Of a DNA stretch of 18,090 nt, positions 8,636 to 16,537 are shown in pieces. A model generated the notes under the pieces. It was given only the letters and a program-made list of their open reading frames with translations. It did no database searches and was not told the DNA's origin. The stretch is from a bacterium (GTDB lineage Bacteria; Sysuimicrobiota; Sysuimicrobiia; Sysuimicrobiales; Kaftiobacteriaceae). The stretch is from assembly GCA_044868695.1 (NCBI GenBank), contig JBIOWP010000151.1, forward strand, positions 1-18,090, read 5' to 3'. The number at the start of each line of letters is the position of its first letter. Positions within the stretch are counted from its first letter, which is position 1. Made by a program: the position numbers and the translations under genes.

Positions 8636-9595
8636 ATGAGCATGACCACCTTCGTGGCGAGGCGGCTGCTGCTTATGGTGCCGACGTTTCTCGTCGTGGC
8701 CGTCCTGGTGTTCGTCCTCGTGCGGGTCGTCCCCGGCGACATCGTGGCGCTACGGCTCGTCAGCGGCGGCTCGTTCGTCACGCCTGGCGTGATCGAGGCT
8801 GAGCGCGCCCGCCTGGGACTGAACAAGCCCGTGTGGCAACAGTTTGTGGACTGGATGACCGGGCTGTTGCGGGGGGATCTGGGGACGTCGATGTGGACCG
8901 GGGAACCCATCAGCCACGAGATCGCCATCCGCCTGCAGCTGAGCCTCGAGCTGGCGGTGCTCGCGACGCTGATTGCCGTCGCCCTGGCCGTCCCGTTGGG
9001 AACGGTGGCGGCGGTACGGCGCGGGTCGTGGCCCGATCATGCCGTGCAGATCTTCAGCGTGGCGGGCCTCGCGACGCCGTCGTTCTGGCTCGGGATTCTC
9101 ATGATGCTGTTCCTGCTATCGTATTTCCACTGGCTGCCCCCGCTGACGTTCACGCCGCTGTGGCACGATCCGAAGGCGAACCTCCTGCAGCTGATCTGGC
9201 CGGCGCTCGCCGTCGGCTACCGCTACTCGGCGGTGACGACCCGGATGACTCGGTCCGCCCTCCTGGAGGTCCTGCGAGAGGACTACGTACGCACGGCGTG
9301 GGCCAAAGGGTTGGCCGATGCGGTCATCCTGCGCCGGCACGCGCTGCGCAACGCGCTGCTGCCGGTGGTCACCGTCATCGGGCTAGAGTTCGCGTTTCTC
9401 ATCGGGGGCCTGGTGGTCACCGAGCAGGTGTTCAACCTCAACGGCATCGGGAAGCTGTTCGTGGATGCCATCAGCCGCCGCGATTACACGCTGATCCAGG
9501 GGCTGATGCTCCTGGTCGCGTTTGCCTATATCGTCGTGAATTTCATCATCGATCTGCTGTACGCGTGGATCGATCCGCGGATCTCCTATGCATAG
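8636..9595 (+). CDS. ABC transporter permease (DppB/OppB family)
   Basis: RRLLLM...VPGD, GDLGTS, TPSFWLG, EAA-loop region EDYVRTAWAKGL, HALRNALLP, EQVFNLNGIG and DPRI. Confidence 0.93.
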   Translation: MSMTTFVARRLLLMVPTFLVVAVLVFVLVRVVPGDIVALRLVSGGSFVTPGVIEAERARLGLNKPVWQQFVDWMTGLLRGDLGTSMWTGEPISHEIAIRLQLSLELAVLATLIAVALAVPLGTVAAVRRGSWPDHAVQIFSVAGLATPSFWLGILMMLFLLSYFHWLPPLTFTPLWHDPKANLLQLIWPALAVGYRYSAVTTRMTRSALLEVLREDYVRTAWAKGLADAVILRRHALRNALLPVVTVIGLEFAFLIGGLVVTEQVFNLNGIGKLFVDAISRRDYTLIQGLMLLVAFAYIVVNFIIDLLYAWIDPRISYA

Positions 9596-9607
9596 CCCCG
9601 CGCCCGT

Positions 9608-10495
9608 ATGACCACGGCCGAAGCCGTCACGCGCGCCGTCCCCGCCCCGCGGCGCGGCCGCCGCAGCTGGCTCGCAGGGTTTGCGCGGCGATATCCGCTG
9701 GGCGCCGCGGCGGGGGGCGCCATCCTGCTGCTCGCGGCCGCGGCGGCGCTCGCGCATGAGGTGGCCCCCTATGATCCAGTCGCGAACAACTTCCTGGCGA
9801 TGTTTGCGCCGCCCTCAGGCAACCACTGGCTGGGCACCGACGCCTTCGGGCGCGATGTCTTCAGCCGCCTAATCTACGGCGCGCGCACCGCGCTGCTGGT
9901 GGGGTTCGCCGCCTCGCTGAGCGGCGCGACGGCAGGCGCCGTGATCGGCGTGATGAGCGCCTACTTCGGCGGCACGACCGACCTGGTGATCCAGCGGCTG
10001 GCCGACATCCTGATTTCCTTCCCCATCATCATCCTGGCGCTGGCCATCGTGGCCATCCTGGGGTCGGGCACCATCAACCTCGTTGCGGCCATCGCGCTGT
10101 CATTCCTTCCCCGCATCGAGCTGGTCGTCCGAGGCAGCGCGCTGGGAATCCGCCGCACGGGGTACGTGGAGGCGGCCCGGGCGATCGGGGCGGGGCATGC
10201 GCGCATCATTTTCCGGCACATGGTACCGAACGTGTTCGCGCCGTACCTGGTGATGCTGACCGCGTTCCTCGGCCAGGCGATCCTGCTGGAAGCGTCGCTG
10301 AGCTTCCTGGGTCTGGGGGTCAGCGAGCCGACCCCGGCATGGGGGCTGATGCTGTCCGGTGCGGCGGTGGAGTTCGTGCAGCGCGCGCCGTGGATGGCCG
10401 TGTTCCCCGGGCTGGCCATCACGTTCACGGTGCTGGCGTTCAACGCCCTGGGAGACTCCCTCCGCGACGCGCTGGACCCGCGCCTGCGAACTTAA
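9608..10495 (+). CDS. ABC transporter permease (DppC/OppC family)
   Basis: HWLGTDAFGRDVFSRLIYGAR, YVEAARAIGA, EASLSFLGLG, PAWGLML and FNALGDSLRDALDP. Confidence 0.94.
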   Translation: MTTAEAVTRAVPAPRRGRRSWLAGFARRYPLGAAAGGAILLLAAAAALAHEVAPYDPVANNFLAMFAPPSGNHWLGTDAFGRDVFSRLIYGARTALLVGFAASLSGATAGAVIGVMSAYFGGTTDLVIQRLADILISFPIIILALAIVAILGSGTINLVAAIALSFLPRIELVVRGSALGIRRTGYVEAARAIGAGHARIIFRHMVPNVFAPYLVMLTAFLGQAILLEASLSFLGLGVSEPTPAWGLMLSGAAVEFVQRAPWMAVFPGLAITFTVLAFNALGDSLRDALDPRLRT

Positions 10496-11169
10496 AGAAG
10501 CTCGAGCACCGCGGTCAGATCCCGCACGTCATACGCGGGCGCACACCGCGGGTCGAAGACCGCCTCGCCGGCCCGGTTCACCCACACCGTGCGGATCCCG
10601 AAGGCCGTCGCGCCGGCCGCGTCGGTGGCCGAACCCGCGACGTGGAGCACTTCATCCTGGCGGACCCCGAGGGTCTTCAGCGCGCTGGCATAGACCGATG
10701 GGTGCGGTTTGAACCTGCCTCCCTCCGTCGAGATGATACGGTCGAACGTCACCGGCAGCGTCGCCAGCAGCGCGGTCAACATGTCGGCGTCGCCGTTGGA
10801 CAGCGTCCCGAGCACGAGGGGACGCCGCCGGACCTCCGCCAACACGCTGGCGGCTTCCGGCCAGGGTGGGAGCGTTTCCCACGCCGCGACCAGCGCAGAG
10901 ACCTCGTCCGTCGAGAGGGGAGGGTCCAGCGCCCGCAGGACGTTCCGTGCGGATGCTTCCAGCGCCCGCCGGTTGCTGGCCGGCTCGCGGTCCAGCGAGT
11001 TGCTGACCAGCAGGTATTCCATGTGGCGCTGCCGCCAGGACCGCGCGGCCGCCGCCGGGTCACCCGCGAGGTCCCGCGTTCGGAAGAGACGGTCCAGCGC
11101 TCCCCGCAGCCCACTCACGGTGTCGAAGAGCGCCGAGTAGACGTCGAGCGTGACCGCCCGCACGACCAT
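10492..11169 (-). CDS. HAD-superfamily hydrolase, haloacid dehalogenase type II-like
   Basis: Motif I TLDVYSALFD, WRQRHMEY, LSNG (motif II), FKPHPSVY (motif III), HVAGSATDAAGA (motif IV) and WVNR. Confidence 0.85.
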   Translation of the reverse strand: MVVRAVTLDVYSALFDTVSGLRGALDRLFRTRDLAGDPAAAARSWRQRHMEYLLVSNSLDREPASNRRALEASARNVLRALDPPLSTDEVSALVAAWETLPPWPEAASVLAEVRRRPLVLGTLSNGDADMLTALLATLPVTFDRIISTEGGRFKPHPSVYASALKTLGVRQDEVLHVAGSATDAAGATAFGIRTVWVNRAGEAVFDPRCAPAYDVRDLTAVLELL

Positions 11170-11193
11170 GGCTATCGCCCACGCTCCTTCCTG

Positions 11194-11229
11194 TCTCTTG
11201 TTCCCTCGTCCCCCCGTTCCCTTGTTCCC
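11194..11229. repeat. Degenerate 8-bp tandem repeat (consensus TCCCTYGT, about 4.5 units)
   Basis: TCTCTTGT / TCCCTCGT / CCCCCCGT / TCCCTTGT / TCCC in the divergent HAD-cyclase intergenic region. Confidence 0.6.
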
Positions 11230-11296
11230 GCACTTTCGCGCAGGGCAGGGTTCAACTTCACTTCGTCGTAGCCAATGCTCTACGAGGTGATCCCTG

Positions 11297-12133
11297 GTGG
11301 CGATGAAGTCGTTCGACCTGAGCCGTTGCCGCGTGCTGGATTTGTCTCAGAATTTCAGCATGGACTCCCCCCCGTTTGCCTACTACGAGGGCCCGAAGAT
11401 CACGTGGGTCAAGAAGATGGCCTTTGAGGGCGTGAACGCGCAGCACATCTCTTCCACCAATCACATCGCCACCCACCTGGACTCGCCGCTGCATTTCTTC
11501 GATCCGGGGCCGGACATCGCCGGCATCCCGATCGCGCAGCTGGTCGGGCCGGCCTGCGTCGTTGACCTGCAGCAGTTCGGGATCGGCGATTACGACATCT
11601 ACGGGGCCGAGCACTTCGAGGCGTGGGAGAAGAAGCACAATATCAAGATCGAGCGCGGCGATATCCTGGTGATCCACACAGGCTACCACGCCTACTACAA
11701 CGAAGACTGGTCTCCTCACACCAAGCAGCGCCACGCGGATGCCCGCCCCGATCTGCCGCGGGCGTTCCTCCGGCATCCCGGCCCGCGCGCCGAGTTCTGC
11801 GCGTGGGTCCTGGACCGAGGGATCCGCTGGCTGGCGATCGACGCGATCAGCACAGACCATCCCTTCAACACGAAGGTCCGCGACGCCCGGCGCGACCTGA
11901 TCCCCGACGTCGAGAAGAAGATCGGAATGACGATGGACCGGGCGTTTCCCTGGCCCGCGGAGTACCAGGCCACCCACACGCTGCTGTTCCCGAAAGGCGT
12001 CTTCCACATTGAGAACGTCGGCGGGGACGTGGACCTCGTGCTCAACCAGCGGGTGTGGGTGGGGGCATTCCCGTTCCGGTTCAAGGGCGGTGAGGCGGCG
12101 TTCTGCCGGTTCGTCGCCTTCGTCGAAGCATGA
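11297..12133 (+). CDS. Cyclase family metal-dependent amidohydrolase (kynurenine formamidase/isatin hydrolase-like fold)
   Basis: DLSQ, HIATHLDSPLH (variant of HxGTHxDxPxH), GDILVIHTG, D..STDHP, H...HIENVGG and PFRFKGGEAAFCR. Extended SD CGAGGTGATCC at 11283-11293 precedes GTG 11297. Confidence 0.9.
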   Translation: MAMKSFDLSRCRVLDLSQNFSMDSPPFAYYEGPKITWVKKMAFEGVNAQHISSTNHIATHLDSPLHFFDPGPDIAGIPIAQLVGPACVVDLQQFGIGDYDIYGAEHFEAWEKKHNIKIERGDILVIHTGYHAYYNEDWSPHTKQRHADARPDLPRAFLRHPGPRAEFCAWVLDRGIRWLAIDAISTDHPFNTKVRDARRDLIPDVEKKIGMTMDRAFPWPAEYQATHTLLFPKGVFHIENVGGDVDLVLNQRVWVGAFPFRFKGGEAAFCRFVAFVEA

Positions 12134-13314
12134 AGCAGCCGCTCGAGGACCTGCTCGTCGTCGACCTGACGCGCGCGCTGGCCGGACCTTTCTGCACGCA
12201 GATGCTGTCCGACCTGGGCGCGCGGGTAATCAAGGTCGAGACGCCCGAGGGCGGCGACGACACCCGGGGGTGGGGGCCGCCGTTCATCGGCGCCGAGAGC
12301 GCCTACTTCCTGGCCATCAACCGCAACAAAGAGAGTCTGACCCTGAACCTCAAAGACTCCCGCGGCGTTGCGATCCTGCGGCGGCTGCTGGCCCGTGCCG
12401 ATGCTCTGGTCGAGAACTTCCGGCCCGGCATCATGGGCCGCTTCGGCCTGGGCTACCGGGCGCTCCACACGGAGTTCCCCCGCCTGATTTACGCCTCCAT
12501 CTCCGGATTCGGGCAGGACGGTCCGCTGCGCGAGCGGACGGCGTACGATCTGATCCTGCAGGGGATCGGCGGTCTCATGGGGATCACGGGTGAGGAAGGC
12601 GGCCCCCCGGTGAAAGTCGGCGTCGCGATCGGCGACATCTGCGCCGGCATGTATGCCGCGTTCGGCATCCTCGCCGCGCTGCGGGTGCGGGACCGCACCG
12701 GACAGGGGCAGCTGGTCGACGCGGCGCTACTCGACGGCCAGGTGTCCTGGCTCACCTATAACGCCGGTATCTATTTCGCGACGGGCGAGAACCCGGGCCG
12801 GCTCGGGAGCGCGCACCCGACCATCGTCCCGTACCAGGCATTTCAGACCAGGGACGGCTACGTCAACGTGGCGGTCGGCAGCGAGGCGATCTGGCGGCGC
12901 TTCTGCGAGATCGTCGACCCGGCGCTCGCCGCGGAACCCCGCTATGCGACCAACCGGGACCGCGTGGCGCACCGCGAGGAGCTGATCCGCCGCCTGGAGC
13001 CGATCTTCGCTGCCCGCCCCACCGCGGCGTGGGTCGAGGTGCTCGACAGGGCCGACGTGCCCAACGGCCCCATCTTGTCGGTCGCGGAGGTGTTGGCGCA
13101 TCCGCAGGTGCGGCATCGCCAGATGGTGGCGGAGATCGATCATCCCACCGCCGGGCGCATCAAGCAGACCGGCGTCCCGGTGAAATTGTCCGAGACGCCC
13201 GGCCGTGTGCGCACGCCGCCTCCCACGCTGGGACAGCACACCGCGGCGATCCTGCGCGAGCTGGGGCTCTCCGATCCTGAGATTGAATTACTCCGGCGGG
13301 AGAAGGTCGTATGA
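12130..13314 (+). CDS. Class III CoA-transferase (CaiB/BaiF/Frc family)
   Basis: DLTRALAGPF, DLGARVIKVE, NRNKESLTLNLK, ENFRPG, SISGFGQDGP, catalytic-Asp region GDICAG and PPTLGQHT. ATGA overlap with the cyclase gene. Confidence 0.94.
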   Translation: MKQPLEDLLVVDLTRALAGPFCTQMLSDLGARVIKVETPEGGDDTRGWGPPFIGAESAYFLAINRNKESLTLNLKDSRGVAILRRLLARADALVENFRPGIMGRFGLGYRALHTEFPRLIYASISGFGQDGPLRERTAYDLILQGIGGLMGITGEEGGPPVKVGVAIGDICAGMYAAFGILAALRVRDRTGQGQLVDAALLDGQVSWLTYNAGIYFATGENPGRLGSAHPTIVPYQAFQTRDGYVNVAVGSEAIWRRFCEIVDPALAAEPRYATNRDRVAHREELIRRLEPIFAARPTAAWVEVLDRADVPNGPILSVAEVLAHPQVRHRQMVAEIDHPTAGRIKQTGVPVKLSETPGRVRTPPPTLGQHTAAILRELGLSDPEIELLRREKVV

Positions 13315-15086
13315 AGTGCCCACGGTGCGCGACCGAGCATACCGCGCAAACGCTGCGTGATGCGCTGTACATCTGTCCCACCTGCCAGGCGTATCTGCAC
13401 ATGCCGGCCCGGGAGCGGATCGCGATGCTCGCGGATCCCGGATCGTTCCGGGAACTGGATCGCGGGCTGATCTCGGTCGACCCGCTGCGTTTTACCGACC
13501 AGCGGTCCTACCGCGACCGCCTGGCCGAAGCCCGAGCGCGCACGGGGCTGCGGGACGCGGTGGTGATCGGTGACGCGCGCCTCGACGGCCGGCCGGTCGT
13601 CCTCGCCGTGTTCGACTTCGGGTTCATGGGCGGCACGATGGGGTCTGTCGCCGGAGAGAAGGTGGCCGACGCGTTCGAGCACGCGGCGAGGAAGGGGAGG
13701 CCGGTCGTCAGTGTGACGGCGAGCGGCGGCGCCCGGATGCAGGAAGGGATGCTCTCCCTGATGCAGATGGCCAAGACCGCCGCCGCCCGGGCGGCCCACC
13801 ATCGGGCCGGCCTCGCGCACATCGCGGTCCTGACCGACCCGACCTTCGGCGGGGTCGCGGCCAGCTTTGCGTCGCTGGGCGACGTCCTGATCGCCGAGCC
13901 CGGCGCGCAGATCGGCTTCGTGGGCCCCCGCGTCATCAGCATGACCCTCAACGCTCCTCAGCCGGGCGATTCCCACAGCGCGGAAGCGCTATTTCGCGCG
14001 GGTCTGGTCGACTTGATTGTCCCCCGGCCGGCGCTGCGCGAGACCATCGGTTGCCTGGTGGGACATATCAGCCGGACTGCGGCCCGCCGCACACGGGCGC
14101 GCGCATCGCCGCCTCCGGACGCGATCCGGCGTACACCCCGGAAGGCGTCTCCTCCTCCCTGGCAGACGGTGCAGCAGGCGCGGCATCCCGCCCGCCCAAC
14201 GTCGGTGGACTACATCGGGCGCCTGATCGCGCGGTTTGTCGAGCTCCACGGCGACCGGCAGTTCGGTGACGATCCGGCCATCGTGTGCGGGCTGGGGGAA
14301 TTCGACAATCAGACCGTCGTCGTGATCGCGCAGGAGCGCGGACGGACGTCGGAAGAGCAGGCATTCCGCCGGCGGGGCATGCCGTACCCCGAGGGGTACC
14401 GCAAGGCGCTGCGCGTGATGAGGCTGGCGGAGAAATTCTCGCTGCCGATTGTGACACTCATCGACACGCCGGGCGCGTATCCCGGCTTCGAGGCCGAGCA
14501 GCGCGGCATCGCCCAGGCGCTCGCGGCCAACCTCGAAGCCATGGTCTCTCTGCGGACGCCGGTCGTCAGCGTGGTGATCGGTGAAGGCGGCAGCGGCGGG
14601 GCACTCGCTCTGGGTGTCGCAGACCGCCTGCTCATGCTGGAGCATGCCATCTACTCGGTCATCTCACCCGAGGGCGCCGCGGCGATCCTCTTCCGCGACG
14701 CCGGGAAGGCCCAGGACGTCGCCGAGGCGCTGAAGATCACCGCCGACGACCTGCTGCGCTTCGGCGTCATCGATGGCATCGTGCCCGAGCCCCCCGGGGG
14801 CGCGCATACGGATCAGGAGCTCGCCGCCCGGCAGTTGGCCGCGGCGGTGCGCGCCGCGCTTCACGAGGCCGGCGCACTGCGGCCTCGGGCGCTGCTGCGC
14901 CAGCGGTACCGCAAGTACCGGCACATTGGGAAGGTAGGGATTTACTGGCGGCAGGTCGTGCGGGCGGAGATGCAGGAGCTCCTGGATGGGCTGGAACAAC
15001 GCCTGCTCCGGCGCGAAACCGAACCGGCACAAGAGGAAGACGACCCGCGGCGCCGGAAAGATACTCCAATTCGAGAGGGGAGGTGA
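13311..15086 (+). CDS. accDA: Fused acetyl-CoA carboxylase-type carboxyltransferase beta-alpha (AccD-AccA)
   Basis: AccD half: C4 zinc finger CPRC...CPTC, GGTMGSVAGEK, SGGARMQEG, GGVAASFA and IGFVGPRVI. Arg/Pro-rich linker. AccA half from about nt 14160: ARHPARP, ELHGDR, PEGYRKA, IDTPGAYPG, GEGGSGGALA and YSVISPEG. ATGA overlap with the upstream gene. Confidence 0.93.
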   Translation: MKCPRCATEHTAQTLRDALYICPTCQAYLHMPARERIAMLADPGSFRELDRGLISVDPLRFTDQRSYRDRLAEARARTGLRDAVVIGDARLDGRPVVLAVFDFGFMGGTMGSVAGEKVADAFEHAARKGRPVVSVTASGGARMQEGMLSLMQMAKTAAARAAHHRAGLAHIAVLTDPTFGGVAASFASLGDVLIAEPGAQIGFVGPRVISMTLNAPQPGDSHSAEALFRAGLVDLIVPRPALRETIGCLVGHISRTAARRTRARASPPPDAIRRTPRKASPPPWQTVQQARHPARPTSVDYIGRLIARFVELHGDRQFGDDPAIVCGLGEFDNQTVVVIAQERGRTSEEQAFRRRGMPYPEGYRKALRVMRLAEKFSLPIVTLIDTPGAYPGFEAEQRGIAQALAANLEAMVSLRTPVVSVVIGEGGSGGALALGVADRLLMLEHAIYSVISPEGAAAILFRDAGKAQDVAEALKITADDLLRFGVIDGIVPEPPGGAHTDQELAARQLAAAVRAALHEAGALRPRALLRQRYRKYRHIGKVGIYWRQVVRAEMQELLDGLEQRLLRRETEPAQEEDDPRRRKDTPIREGR

Positions 15087-15156
15087 GCGTCAAGACCGAC
15101 ACGCGCGGTGTGACCGGCGTCATCCTACGTTCGTATCTTGAGGGGGGGTGTACATA

Positions 15157-16527
15157 GTGGCTGAACGGGCTCCACAGGGCTATCTTCCGCCTGACCGTCC
15201 GCCCTACGGTGCGCTGATCAGTCTGGGATTCCAGCACGTCCTCACGATGTTTCCCGCCACTGTCCTCGTTGCACTTCTTACCGGCTTTGATGTCGGCGTC
15301 ACGCTGTTCGCGTCAGGCCTGGCGACGGTGATCGCGCTACTGGGATCGGGGATGCGCATCCCGATGTACTACGGCAGCAGCTTCAGCTACATCGCCGCGA
15401 TCCGCGGCGTGACGGTGCCGCCGGGCGCGTCGGCGCCTAATCCCGCCCTTGCCCCCCTGGCGCAGGTCGGGATTGTCGGGACCGCCGTCGTGAATGTCCT
15501 GGTCGGCTTCTTCGTGCGCGCGGTCGGCAAAGCGCGGCTCGACAGGATCCTGCCGCCCGTGGTCACGGGGTCGGTCGCCGTCGTCATCGGCATCTCGCTG
15601 GGCTACGCCGCTCTGATCATGGCCACCGGGACCTGCTGCAACCCGGCCGCGCGCAGCGACTGGTGGACGGTGGCCTTCATTACGCTGGTCGTGACCATCG
15701 CGTTTTCCGTGTATCTCCGGGGGCGGGGCCTCATTGGCATGCTCCCGGTGTTGCTGGGGGCCATCGTCGGCTACCTCGTGGGGTGGCGCTTCGGGCTGGT
15801 TGACTTCGAGCCCGTTCGCGCGGCTGCCTGGCTCCGGTGGCCGAACTTCCACCTGCCCGCGTTTGGGGACCCGAAAGCGTGGCTGACGATCCTGGCCATC
15901 GCGCCGATCGCCATTGCGACGATCCCTGAGTCGACCGCCCACCTCTACCAGATCAGCCTCTACATCGACCGGGTGGCGGCCGAGCTCAAACGGCCGAAGC
16001 TGGAAGTCAAGAAGCTCATCGGCCTCAACCTGATTCTCGATGGCGTCGGCGACGGGGTGAATGGGCTGCTGGGCGGCTGCGCCGGCACCAACTACGGAGA
16101 GAACAACTCCCTGATGGTGATTACCCGCAACTACTCCGGGCCGGTGCTGGTGGCGGCCGGGGTGATCGCGATGCTGCTCGGTTTCGTCGGGAAGCTGGCT
16201 GCGCTGGTGCAGACGCTGCCTACCGCGGTGACCGGCGGGCTGGCCATCTACTTGTTCGGCGTCATCGGGCTCCAGGGCGTCGCGCTGATGATGGCCGAAG
16301 GCGTGGACTTCTTCGATCCACGGCAGCTCGCGATCGGGGCGTCGATCCTGATCGTGGGCATCGGAGGATCATCGTTCCCGGGCGGCTTCATTCCCATCTG
16401 GGGCAAGGAGTTTCCGGCCATCGCGACTGCCGCGGTGGTGGGTATTCTCATCAACTTAATCTTCCTGGCGTTTCCACCTGAGCGATATGCGCCGGCGATG
16501 GCGCGCATCGCCGGAGGGGAGAAGTAG
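15157..16527 (+). CDS. NCS2/NAT nucleobase:cation symporter, uracil (UraA/PyrP/RutG)-like
   Basis: FQHVLTMF (QH motif), GSSF, PPVVTG, ESTAH and signature TNYGENNSLMVITR, with many TM segments. GTG 15157 is better spaced from the G-rich SD than 15148. Confidence 0.9.
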   Translation: MAERAPQGYLPPDRPPYGALISLGFQHVLTMFPATVLVALLTGFDVGVTLFASGLATVIALLGSGMRIPMYYGSSFSYIAAIRGVTVPPGASAPNPALAPLAQVGIVGTAVVNVLVGFFVRAVGKARLDRILPPVVTGSVAVVIGISLGYAALIMATGTCCNPAARSDWWTVAFITLVVTIAFSVYLRGRGLIGMLPVLLGAIVGYLVGWRFGLVDFEPVRAAAWLRWPNFHLPAFGDPKAWLTILAIAPIAIATIPESTAHLYQISLYIDRVAAELKRPKLEVKKLIGLNLILDGVGDGVNGLLGGCAGTNYGENNSLMVITRNYSGPVLVAAGVIAMLLGFVGKLAALVQTLPTAVTGGLAIYLFGVIGLQGVALMMAEGVDFFDPRQLAIGASILIVGIGGSSFPGGFIPIWGKEFPAIATAAVVGILINLIFLAFPPERYAPAMARIAGGEK

Positions 16528-16537
16528 CGGCAGAAAA

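Noticed and set aside
3831..11293. Identical 11-mer CGAGGTGATCC before fdrA and the cyclase gene as a shared operator
   Set aside because: It is fully explained as an extended Shine-Dalgarno complementary to the 16S rRNA 3' end.
8833..13976. Long alternative ORFs (8833-9759 +, 10339-11271 +, 11258-12007 -, 11716-12468 -, 13140-13976 -)
   Set aside because: Shadow frames of well-supported genes, typical of high-GC DNA, with no recognisable motifs.
15087..15147. Known purine or xanthine riboswitch, or PyrR attenuator, ahead of the permease
   Set aside because: Only about 60 nt with no terminator U-tract, and I could not match the consensus of these elements by eye.
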